A DNA stretch of 63,966 nucleotides, the filler included, from Octopus bimaculoides (Eukaryota): NCBI RefSeq assembly GCF_001194135.2. It is 8 parts of 8 records of this genome, joined end to end, with 100 filler letters (N's around TTAATTAATTAA, not from the genome) between each part and the next. Parts side by side here need not be neighbours in the genome. Positions count along the whole stretch, not along the records: positions 45,932 to 51,375 come from NC_068984.1; positions 51,476 to 56,227 come from NC_068990.1; positions 56,328 to 62,161 come from NC_068988.1; 5 more parts are not named here. One strand, 5' to 3'. Both the position numbers and the translations under genes were made by a program. The notes beneath the pieces were generated by a model that saw nothing but the letters and a program-made list of their open reading frames with translations, had not been told where the DNA came from and searched no databases. Shown one piece after another: positions 48,760-59,646 of this stretch (the stretch's first letter is position 1; each line of letters opens with the position of its first letter).

Positions 48760-49990
48760 CTGTTATTCTTCTACACAGATCAGTGTATTTGATGTATTTA
48801 AGAAATATTTTATAAGCACATTTCCCAATGTATCTTTAGTTTAATATTTTTAAATTAAATGTTTGATACATATATTTTTATTTTATATGGTATTTATATT
48901 AAAAACATATCTAAGAATTCTTACATTATACTAATATAACTTATATCTTAATTTATAAAATAATCTTTGTTTGATTATTGTATTTCGTTTTGACTTATCT
49001 TTACTTTTTATATCATTTTGTAAAGAAATATCTTATGAAATTGTTTAAAAAACTGTTATGTTTTTCATATTTTATATTATAAAATTTACGTATTTATAAA
49101 CCATTCTTATACATTTGTGTAGCTTCTATATCTTATAAAGTGTTTATAATTTCTCTTCATAAAACTCACTGTATAAGACAATACTATATTTTCGATTTAT
49201 AATTACACATTATATTTTATAAATTTTTTATATCTATATTTGATATTTTTGTACATTTGTATATCCTTTCATAAACTTTACTAGCGTTTGTAATTTATAA
49301 ATTTTATTTTATAAGGTCTTTTTATATAATTTACTGGATATGGGAATCCTTATTTCAGTATATTTTTTAATCATGCAATATTCATTAAATGTTTACAAGC
49401 CCAAATCGGTTTAGGTATTGCTTCAAAATGTACTCTTTTATACATTTAGTATACCTCTAATTCAATTACCTCTTATATTCGATACCACATTTCACATTAT
49501 CTTATACTTATCCACCCCTAATGAAGAAAATAGTTCTTTTTATTGCTTTAAAATATACTATGTACTTCTACCCATATGATAATATAATTCCGTTATACAT
49601 TCATTTTAGAATGTCTTTAACATGACCGTCAAAGCAATAAGCTTAGAAAATTTCTAATAATTTTTGTTATATATTAAGGCATCCCATTATTAGGTTTTAA
49701 GTTTAATTTTTATCCTTATTCTATATTTTGATTTACTTTTTCTCAATTTAATATTATAGGTTTGCAAAGTTTTAAATTACTACCTCCCGTTTCCTTCAAT
49801 TTTCATTTCCACCCCTAAAGTTTATATTACCTAGTTCTTTTGGTTTTTTATTATATTCCCCTTTATTTGATAATCTAAATAAGTACTGCCCTCCTTCTTT
49901 CTTCCAGTTACCATTCCTTTCCCATCAGACATTCTCTTAATCCCAACCTTGCATCCTACCCCTTTATGTAGATAAAGCTGGATATCTGGT
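48760..49990 (-). pseudogene. Probable L1/Tx1-clade LINE ORF2 remnant (post-RT region), heavily decayed
   Basis: Minus frames VI*TLGVEMKIEG...KLRKSKSKY..RIKIKLKT and KELFSSLGVDKYKIM*NVVSNIRGN*IRGILNV resemble the L1/Tx1 blocks KILGV, KLxxWxxRxLS..GKxxxxK and LFxFxW...GGLGxxN; many stops. Confidence 0.4.
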
Positions 49991-50454
49991 CCCTGTACGT
50001 TGGGAGACTAGTAAATTAACTCACTCTGCCACAAATATAACAAAAGGAAACAATGTAAATATTCTAGTTTCCATTATTGATATAAATTTGTTTTAAAAAA
50101 TGGTTTATTCTTTATGTTTGTACATTATTGTTACTTATTTATATTCTGTTCACCTAACTTGGAATCTACACTTCGGAAATACAATAGAAGGCAGCTTTAT
50201 AAAATGTACATGTCTGAATTACCAAGAGCGGATATCTTCACTTAGCTGGGTTGCGTTGTCTACACATATGACAGGAATATTGGGTACGAATACTCCTACA
50301 CAAAGTCTTGATATTCAGTATTGAAATATTATTATTGAGGTGTGCAGATTGTACCGAACCAGCAAGGTTCCTCAGTTTATGTACCTAATTACATTGAATC
50401 CTAATAATATATGTGTTTGTGTGTGTATATATATATATATACGTTTTCTTTGAT

Positions 50455-51317
50455 GTCCTGTACCCATATATGCATGTATATATAGATATATATGTAGGTA
50501 TGTACATATATGTATGAAGATATGCTTATATTTATATATTATTTATATTATTATATGATCGAACGCCACGCATACTTTTCCAAGTAAGTTTTATCTTAAT
50601 AATTACGATGCGCACTCTTTTACTATCCCTACTATGTCTATCTTTCTCCCTCTCTTGTTCTTCATCCTTTCTGTTTTTCTCTCCCACCCTTTCCCTATTC
50701 TTCTCTCCTTTTCACCGTTCCCTCTATCTCGCTCTCACTCTTCCTCCTTGACTCTATCGTCACTGACACGTGACGAAAGAGGATCTCTATTTCTGTCGAC
50801 TGCCTTCCTAAAGAAAAGACGTGCCTTTTCATGTCTCCTCTCATGGCTCGCCTACCTAGTATTCATAATTTTCCTATCGTCTTAGCTCAACAACCCTCGC
50901 CATTTGTTTTTACTGTCTTGTTCTCAATGTCCTGTTCTTGTTAACACTTTCACCCTCCGCAAAATATCCCAAATTTTATTTAATTTCCCTTAAGGGAAAA
51001 CTGTTTCAACGAAGTCGCGTATTGTCCTTGCCTTCGAAACGTGGATTAGATGAAACAGGGACAACTGACGAAGGGGTATACACTTTATGTTGCATGTCTC
51101 GTTTATCTGTTTGTTTTTTTCGTTGTTCGAAAAAAAATTCGTTTTCTATGTTTTCGTTTCTCATTGTGTTTAATGATTTTTTTTTAAAGTCCTGTACACA
51201 TATAGGCATGAATATATACAAATATATGTAGGTATGTACATATATGTATGAATACATGCATATATTTGTTATATTATTAGAGGATAGAGCGCCACGCATC
51301 CTTTTCCAAGTAAAATT

Positions 51318-51320
<3 letters not shown>
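50455..51320 (+). mobile_element. Penelope-like pLTR unit with partial tandem duplication
   Basis: ~140-bp direct repeats at 50455-50594 and 51189-51320 (period 734 bp) enclosing pyrimidine-rich sequence with hammerhead core motifs; PLE assignment is inference. Confidence 0.55.
51015..51076 (+). ncRNA. Putative non-circularly permuted hammerhead ribozyme
   Basis: tcgcGTA-ttgtcctt-gccttc-GAAACgtgg-12 nt-agggacaa-CTGACGA-agggg; 6-bp helix III and 8-bp helix I both in register. Confidence 0.35.
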
Positions 51321-51375
<55 letters not shown>

Positions 51376-51419
51376 NNNNNNNNNNNNNNNNNNNNNNNNN
51401 NNNNNNNNNNNNNNNNNNN

Positions 51420-51431
51420 TTAATTAATTAA
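51420..51431. other. Artificial scaffold linker TTAATTAATTAA
   Basis: Embedded in N runs. Confidence 0.9.
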
Positions 51432-51475
51432 NNNNNNNNNNNNNNNNNNNNNNNNNNNNNNNNNNNNNNNNNNNN

Positions 51476-51526
<51 letters not shown>
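51476..51526. repeat. (TTA)n
   Basis: Direct reading. Confidence 0.95.
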
Positions 51527-51527
<1 letters not shown>

Positions 51528-52393
51528 ATAGTCTTATTTTTAGCACATGCTTTCATTGCCCTACCGAGTGCAACTCTGTGTGCTTTGAGTACGTGCTATG
51601 GTTTGTTGTGGTGCTCTTATTTTCACTGTATTGAAAGTGCTTTACGTAGAATGTGTGCCGTGCCTAGTAGTGCAATTTTCACTGGGGCCGATGTAAACGA
51701 CTTACCCCCTACCCATATTTGTTGGTCTTATCCTCTACACCACTTTTTTCTTTTAACCTTTGTAAGCTATGCATATGTTCCTTCTTTTTCAGTGTATACC
51801 GTGTATACTTATTTTTTCTTTCTTTCCTTTTTCTTTATTTTTATTTTTTTATCATTTCAATATATGTAAACCCCAACATTTTATGTCTGTCTTTGTATTG
51901 TACCCCTCATCCTTCGCCTTTGTGACAAATTAATAAAATCGTTATTGTTGTTGTTATTATTATTATTATCATTATTATTATTATTTCTCTTTTTTATTTT
52001 CATTATTATTATTATTGCTATTGTTATTATTTGACGTATTATAATCAGACGGTTGCTAGGCGTTAAGTATGTAACCGAATACTCATCACTTAATGTAAAT
52101 TCTAAAATCCTTCTTCTAATAGCTGAAATATTTGTTCCAATAGACTGCTAGTTTTTTGGCTATTAACCATCTTCATTGCAGATAAACAATGGCATTTAAA
52201 CAAATGAATCAATTCTCAAAATATGTAACTGTTTATTTTCTATATTTGTTTTTCTTTTTTTACTTTTGTTCACCAGCAGTAATTAGGTTCGTATCACAAA
52301 TGGTGTAAATATATGAGTCATCATATGATGACTCATATAGTTTGCAACCATCTATTTATATATATATGTATATATACATATGTATGTATACAC

Positions 52394-52424
<31 letters not shown>

Positions 52425-52513
52425 NNNNNNNNNNTAGTGCAAAACCGATTGGTAAGATCGGCCGTAATGGACAAATACTGTACACGGAACAGGACATGAT
52501 ATATGTATAAATG

Positions 52514-52572
<59 letters not shown>

Positions 52573-52861
52573 GCGTGTGTATATATATATATATATATAT
52601 ATAAGCTAATGAATACAATACATGCGTTATACGTAAGCTACTTCAAGTTTCACACTCGGAAAATCAGTAATCGATATGAGATGACATGACTACTGCTTCG
52701 AAAATATGGGGGGAAAATGAGAAAAAAATTCGAGAGGAAAATACTAGTAGACACCTTTAAGAAACATGTTAAGGGGAAATGTATATAAAGGATATGTATA
52801 TATATATATATATATATGGTGGTTGTCTACTCCTTATGCAGAGTTTGACCATTTGCTGTAC

Positions 52862-53380
52862 CTACACCTTAGCACCATCATGGCATTTGATGTGGCTTTT
52901 TAAACCAGATNNNNNNNNNNNNNNNNNNNNNNNNNNNNNNNNNNNNNNNNNNNNNNNNNNNNNNNNNNNNNNNNNNNNNNNNNNNNNNNNNNNNNNNNNN
53001 NNNNNNNNNNNNNNNNNNNNNNNNNNNNNNNNNNNNNNNNNNNNNNNNNNNNNNNNNNNNNNNNNNNNNNNNNNNNNNNNNNNNNNNNNNNNNNNNNNNN
53101 NNNNNNNNNNTAATGTTCTGAAAAGACACCCACATAGATTGCACCTCCGATTTGGAACACCGAGCTGCTGATAAGTTCTGCTCTTTGTGGATCTTAAAAT
53201 GTCTTTTGGGGCCTCCGCTGGATTTTCAAACCTTCTGGCATACACTGCATTTAAAGGTGTTCACAGACATATAGGCAGAATAGTTGGTGGAGGTTCATTT
53301 TCCATGCGTTTGCAGAGATTTGAGGCCAGCAAGAGACAGGCATGGTTTGTCACAGACTGTGTACACAAAAAGGTCATTGT
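52862..53380 (-). pseudogene. Three C2H2 zinc fingers at the RTE ORF C-terminus
   Basis: (Y)TVCDKPCLSLAGLKS-LQTH, CSVCQKV*KSSGGPKRHFKIH and CNLCGCLFRTL|SGLKSHIKCH (third joined across the gap). Confidence 0.75.
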
Positions 53381-53901
53381 TATTCACCTTCTCGATCGTT
53401 ATATACTTCCTTAGATCTCTCTTGAGTCTAACTTGTGTTATCCTGGCCTCTTCAAATGCTTTCACTCCACTCCACACCTTTGTTCGCCATCCAGCTCGAT
53501 CCGAAGCAAGGGTTTCTATATCTGGAATCATTCCAAGTGACTTCATAGTAGTCCCTATTCCATCCTTAAATCTCTTTTTAGGTTTACACCGATAACGTTT
53601 CTCCTCTGTAAGCTCAGAAAACAGCTGTTTTGGCATGTGTTCATATGCCATTCGAACAATATGGCTACACCATCTCAATTGGTTCCTCAAAATCATAGCT
53701 TAATTGAAGTGATACCTGCAGATGCAAGGACATCTGTGTTTGGAGTAAAAGAACTCCATTTAATTTTTTAAATGCGATGAAGGCATCTTTGATGGAATTC
53801 TAATAATTTAAAATGCCTTTCATAACAAGTCCAAGTTTGACAGGAATACAACAGGGATGGTAAGACAAATGATTTGTAAAGGGCCAGCTTTTTATTCTTA
53901 T

Positions 53902-54771
53902 TTATATGTTGCTGGTACTAAAGGCGTGACGCCAAGCCGCCAAATGCTTTTGATGCCCTTTGAATTCACAGCTGTATTTCTGTATCAAGATTTCCATCAT
54001 TTTGAACAGAGCTTCCAAGGTAGACGAACGAATCCGCAACCTCAAGTAACTTACCCCTAACAAAAATTTTAGGCGGTTACAAACAGCACCACACGCAGGT
54101 TGATGCATTACAACTGTTTCTTTTTTCAAGTTGATAGTCAAGCCAAAATCATCACAAGCTGAGTCAAATGCAGACACAAGAGATTGCAGACCTGTATCAG
54201 AATGACTGACAAGATCGCAATCGTCAGCATGCAAAATTTCCCTAATGAGTGAAGTAAAAACCTTTGTTCTGAATTTCAATCTGGTCACATAAAACATATT
54301 CCCTGTTGTTCGATATTTTATGTAAATAACCTCCTCAGTGTTTTGAAAAGCATGAGACAACACAACAGCAAAGTATATTGCAAAGAGGGTGGGTGCATCA
54401 AGGTTTCCTTGCTTTACTCCATTTTCCACAGCAAAAGATTCAGAGATCCTACCACCAAAATTAACTCTAGCTTTCATATCTTGATGCAAAGCCTTGATCA
54501 TGTTTACAAATTTTTCTGGGCAACTTATTTTCCTTAGAATTAGCCACAGAGCATTTCGATTAACATTATTAAATGCTCCGCTCAAATCAACAAAGCAATG
54601 GTATAGAGCAAGATTCTGTTCAATGTACTTTTCTTGTAATTGTCTGACAGTAAAGATACAATCAGCTGTGCCCCTGGAGGAACGAAAACCACACTGAGAC
54701 TCAGACATTATATTTGGAACTATAAAGGTATTTAAACGTTCTAACAAAATGCGAGCAAGTACCTTTCCAAC
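53902..54771 (-). pseudogene. RTE reverse transcriptase domain (frameshifted)
   Basis: GKVLARILLERL, ESQCGFRSSRGTADCIFTVRQLQEK, FVDLSGAFNNVNR, GVKQGNLDAPTLF, LHADDCDL, FGLTINLKK. Confidence 0.92.
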
Positions 54772-55043
54772 TCTTGAAAAACAAACTGTACCAGCAATTA
54801 CGTCTAGTATGTATTTCCGACGTCATTTGTTTACAAATGAATATATTCTCAATGGTTCGTAGGTACCAAAGTTCTAACCGCGATGAAGTTTGTTGGGAAT
54901 TAGTAAATCTAATAGAAGTTGTTCGTTTGCAGTCGAGAATCTTTGGTCTGAGAATGTTCCACAGGGTTGAATTGCTTCATCAAAACCAAAACACGTCTTT
55001 GTCAAGGGCATTTCTTTTTATGGCATCTTTACTATTTATGATG

Positions 55044-55310
55044 GATGGATCACACCACCTTACGACATATATGTAAACAAGGCTGACTACACCATTTTGT
55101 AATGCCTACATAGACCAGGTGAATTGCGCCACTCTGTGACACCTACATAGAACTTGATGGACTACACCACCCTATGGCACCTACATAGATATGATGGATT
55201 ACCCCACCCAGTGGTGCCAACATAAGATGAACTGCACCACTTTGTGTCATTTCCTTAGGTCAAGCTAGAATACACCTCCCTAAGATGCTTATAGAACCCA
55301 AGCTAATTAC
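55044..55310. repeat. Degenerate 37-38 bp minisatellite, about 7 copies
   Basis: Units such as gatggactacaccaccctatggcacctacatagatat starting at ~55044, 55081, 55118, 55156, 55193, 55226, 55264. Confidence 0.8.
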
Positions 55311-55342
55311 GGATACCTTACGTGGTCACTTGAGTTGTTAAC

Positions 55343-55422
55343 GATGGTCACGACTAGAATGTATTTTATCATATGTTTTCTCGATCAGTGTTGATCTAGG
55401 ACTAAACAACAGCAACAACAAC
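55343..55422 (+). mobile_element. Dispersed monomer of the retroposon tail that forms the 13313-15090 array
   Basis: gatggtcacgactagaatg...ctcgatcagtgttgatctaggactaaacaacagcaacaac. Confidence 0.55.
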
Positions 55423-55936
55423 TTTCTAAACGATGACTGCCATACCGTTTTCTAACGTCTATTTAAAACTAAAGGGCCTACACCAACCTCTGACATCTTC
55501 AATGATCTCGTGGAGTTTGACAGGTAGGGGCCTCAGTTTTTCAACTTTATACAAATACAATCTAGTTGTGATGTCAAGATGCAGACTGCTAAATTTTTGA
55601 CTAGTTGTGTAATAACGTCTATTGTTTTAGTTATTGTTGTGGTACTTTTAACCTGGAGTTCAAGTTGAGGAATTGGCAAATGACCCGTTGTTTCTTCATA
55701 ATATCCATCTCAAGATCCGATATTACACCAAATAAATATTTTGCAAAACTTCCAGATTACTTCAAACTCTTAACATTTCTAACCTTAGTATTGTTTTTTT
55801 TAAATGATATTTAATTAAATTCCGACTCGGCAACGAGTCAAAAAATATCTTACAGACAATACTCATCATTATATCCAAGAGGTATCATATGTGTGTGTGA
55901 GTATGTGTGTATGCATGTGTATGTGAGTGTGTGAGA

Positions 55937-55970
<34 letters not shown>

Positions 55971-56271
55971 ATATTAGGGACAAAATCCAAAATTACAGGT
56001 AAAAAACTCAATTAAAGTCAATTTATAAAAAATTAAAATTAAATTGAGCCTTATAGATAAAGTATATATAAAATATATAATTTTAGGGAAAATAACCAAT
56101 TTTCAAGAATTCATCGATGAAAATCCACTATCACATATAGAAAAATTAATAATTAAAAGCACAATAAATGAGTATAATATAAAGTAAAGTAAATATCATA
56201 AGATAAATATAATATAATATAATATAANNNNNNNNNNNNNNNNNNNNNNNNNNNNNNNNNNNNNNNNNNNN

Positions 56272-56283
56272 TTAATTAATTAA
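56272..56283. other. Artificial scaffold linker TTAATTAATTAA
   Basis: Embedded in N runs. Confidence 0.9.
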
Positions 56284-56327
56284 NNNNNNNNNNNNNNNNN
56301 NNNNNNNNNNNNNNNNNNNNNNNNNNN

Positions 56328-56364
<37 letters not shown>

Positions 56365-57429
56365 CATACATAGACACACATAATGCATGTACTGTATATT
56401 ATATATCATGTATATATAATATGTTATGTGTGTGCGTGTGTCTGTATGGATTTGTCAGTCTGTATATAATTTGATATATAGTTTTGATGGAGGGATTTCA
56501 AGGATGTAATCAACAGCACTGTAGAAACACGAAGACCAAAAGGAAATTTTGAACTAAATCTAAACTATCAACGCATTTAGTTTCTAGTTTTGACGTGTGA
56601 ATAAAAGAGGGGGAATCTTGTACCAGAACACCTTATTTGTAAAAGAGAAAATGTGTTTTCGTTTTTGTTCACTCCTACGTAGATTATATATCATTTCATT
56701 TTGTTTCAGTTCTGTTTATTTATGATGTGTTTTGTCTAATATATACGTCGTTTAATTAATGTCCAGCGGAAAAATCACAAACATAAATTAAACTGTTAAC
56801 CAATGTGATAGTCTCATAAAGCAGCAGACCTGTAATATTCACGGCACAATTTGGATGCGTATTCACTGATGGACAATCGATAAAACTGGTCCATCAGGAG
56901 ACTTCCTCCCCTCGTTGTTCCCTACTTCTATGCCATAGAATTCATGTCTGTATATTCCTTTGTTAACTACAACGAGTCTTTGAAGCTATGTAGTGTTTCA
57001 GGCCCAATACAATCACAGATCTGGAAAGCCAAAGTGCTTTAAGGAAGTCAAGCCATCTGAATACCACTTCTCTATCTCCTTTCTGTTCACTGCATTTATT
57101 TGAGCTGGCACAGAATATCGAGAAACCAGCAATCGACGTTCATCAGTGCGACTTACATGAGCCTAAATATTTGTTAGTCATTAGTCGATAGTTAAGTCCT
57201 TCTTTTACTTAAACTACATCAAATATGAAAAATAATGTGAAAGGCTAGATTGTATTCGTAAAACCGTCAATTTTTTCTTCTCTACTCAAAATTCTGTTCG
57301 GTCTTGGTCACCAAATGCCTCTTTTCACATGCAAACTATTTATAAGCGACCTTTGTAATAGAAACTTTTCTTCGCCTATCCCCATCGTCGCTATCTTTGC
57401 TACATTTTGTTGTTGAAAACAACAAAATC

Positions 57430-57532
57430 GATAACAACGACAACAACAACAATAATAATAATAATAATGATAATAATGATAATAATAATAATAATAATAA
57501 TTAATAATAATAGTAATAATAATAATAGTAAC
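57430..57532. repeat. (CAA)n/(AAT)n tract
   Basis: Direct reading. Confidence 0.9.
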
Positions 57533-57679
57533 GCCTTTTAAATTTATTCAGAAAGGTGCTTGGAGGTATCCATTATGTCCATAATACGATTTTTGTAACA
57601 CGATTTTCGTTTTTGTATAACAATGTTTATTTCCTATTTGCTTAACCCGAAAAATTATGCAAAATGGTTAATATTCCCT

Positions 57680-57850
57680 TCAAACTTTGCATTTGTTACA
57701 TTAATTCAGGTCCCAAAGAATCCCTCTCAACACATGCCTATACTCTCCCAATACTCCTGCTCATGATCAGAGATGGACATGTAGTCAGCCAGTAACGGAC
57801 ATGCTCAAGTCGTAATGATCTAGTAACTGACAAGTAAATCTGTGGTATGG
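57680..57850. repeat. Second, inverted copy of the 30175-30525 repeat family
   Basis: ggacatgctcaagtcgtaatgatctagtaactgacaagtaaatctgtggtat is the reverse complement of the core motif at ~30277-30330. Confidence 0.5.
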
Positions 57851-58197
57851 AGCGAGTTATTCGCAATAACGGTATTTCTGCTTCAGCACCTTAGCGCTAA
57901 ATCTTCCTGAAATGTAATACAAAATAAGTCAGTTTGAAAACATTGTCTCCAAGTCACAAAAGCAAATTTTTAAGGGGATAGTTGTCATATTCTTTGCTTA
58001 CTAACCAAAAACAATAAAAATAAAATAAAACTTTCTTGAGCAGCGATAATCTGCTCTCTCACAAGTTTAGAATCATAGAACCCCTATATATTTAGAAACA
58101 AAGACACACGCAATATATTAGCGTATATATATATATGTATGTATGTATGTATATTATAGATATATATTATATATACAAACATATCTATATATATATA

Positions 58198-58249
<52 letters not shown>

Positions 58250-58629
58250 NNNNNNNNNNAATTGTTATGATTGAAATCAAACACAAAGGTGGGCGCCAGC
58301 TGTCATATTTTCATTTTTAGCTTTATATGTAGTTTTATTTTACACTTACCATTTTTTACAAGCTTACTTTCTCAGGTACATCCATTGCTTTACTACTTTA
58401 CGAAGTATATTTCTGTCATAATAAATGGTTTTCTTCTATAACTTCGCAATACAAACCCATTCAACGACTGTTGAAACAAACGTTCATAATGAATACTTAA
58501 TCACCGTTTAGTACGTGATATGGAATATGCATACACTCACAAACAAACACACCTACATACACGCAAACACACGCACACCCACACACATACATACATGCGC
58601 ACACACAAATACACACACCATATGTATAT

Positions 58630-58805
58630 ATTTTTACTTGTTTCAGTCATTTGACTGTGGCCATCCTGGAGCACTGCCTTGAAGGGCTGCAGTCGAACAA
58701 ATCGCCCCATGACCTGTTTTAAGCCTAGTACTTACTCCGTCGGTCTGTTTTTGCTGAACCAGCACGAGTTGTCAAGCGGTGATAGGGGGGACAGACACAA
58801 ACCCA
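58630..58805 (-). mobile_element. SINE family A 3' half
   Basis: tttttacttgtttcagtcatttgactgtggccatcctggagcactgcc...aagcctagtacttac...gttgtcaagcg. Confidence 0.8.
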
Positions 58806-59562
58806 AAAACATACAGAGATGTGTTCCTACGAATGAATCGAGAAGCAACATGACCTGTTATTTAGACCATATTGACCTGAAGCAGTAGGTTTGTAGGTTT
58901 TCTTTGTTCGCACATAGGACGATAGAGAGGCAGATAAACAGAGCAAGTAGCAAATATAAATTCATAGGTAAAACAACAGCGAAAAAATTCTATTCAATAT
59001 TTAATGTAGAATACAATTATCCCATTTATGCGGTTGATGCTATGTAAGTTCATTATCACTTTCGATATGCTGTATTTCCCTTCGGAGTGCAAGATATCAC
59101 AAAGATTACACATTAATCTCCACATCAATCCAGCTTCCAGCAATTAATCTTAATATAACCATAAATACTAAATAGAAAATAATAAATATCCCACAAAGCC
59201 AAATGAAGAAACATACATTGATTAGGTTACTAATAACTGACCTGCGATATTAAGCAGATTACACTTGAATATACACATACCTAATCCATCAAATCTTATA
59301 AGCTATTTATGAAAGCTACCGTGCAACAGATCATTGGGATTTCGCGTGGATTCTTTAATATGTTCATACATATGGAGGCTTCGTATTGAAGAATACTTGG
59401 AAAAGTAATATAAAGAAGAATATGCGCAGGCATGTGTGTGGTAAGTAGCTGGCTTCCCAAACACATAGTCACGCTGGACACCATCCCGGAATTTCTGCGT
59501 ACCCGTGGTATTGCTGTATAGCCGTTGACCCCGCACTAGTTTCATCCGACCTTTCAACATGT

Positions 59563-59646
59563 CTGGTTTTTAGCCCTGTTGGGTTTGTAGCAACCTGCCT
59601 CACCAGGGTAGCCTTGTTGGGGTGCCAGTTTAGTCAGCGACAACCC
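59563..59646 (-). ncRNA. Possible degenerate HDV-like ribozyme (speculative)
   Basis: 84-nt layout GGGTTG...CTGGca CC CCAACAA GG CTACCCT GG [P4] CTAA aaa CCAG, with imperfect P1 and P2. Confidence 0.2.

Larger units (their letters stand above)
52817..54771 (-). mobile_element. RTE-clade (BovB-like) LINE, 5' truncated, about 1.9 kb including a 200-N gap
   Basis: RT domain, thumb (YKSFVLPSLLYSCQTWT; QLRWCSHIVRM...PKQLF), C-terminal zinc fingers, stop codon, short 3' UTR ending gagtagacaaccacca then (TA)n. Confidence 0.92.

Noticed and set aside
56867-56898. ctgatggac/gtccatcag 9-bp hairpin
   Set aside because: Short stem expected by chance; no ribozyme core or family context
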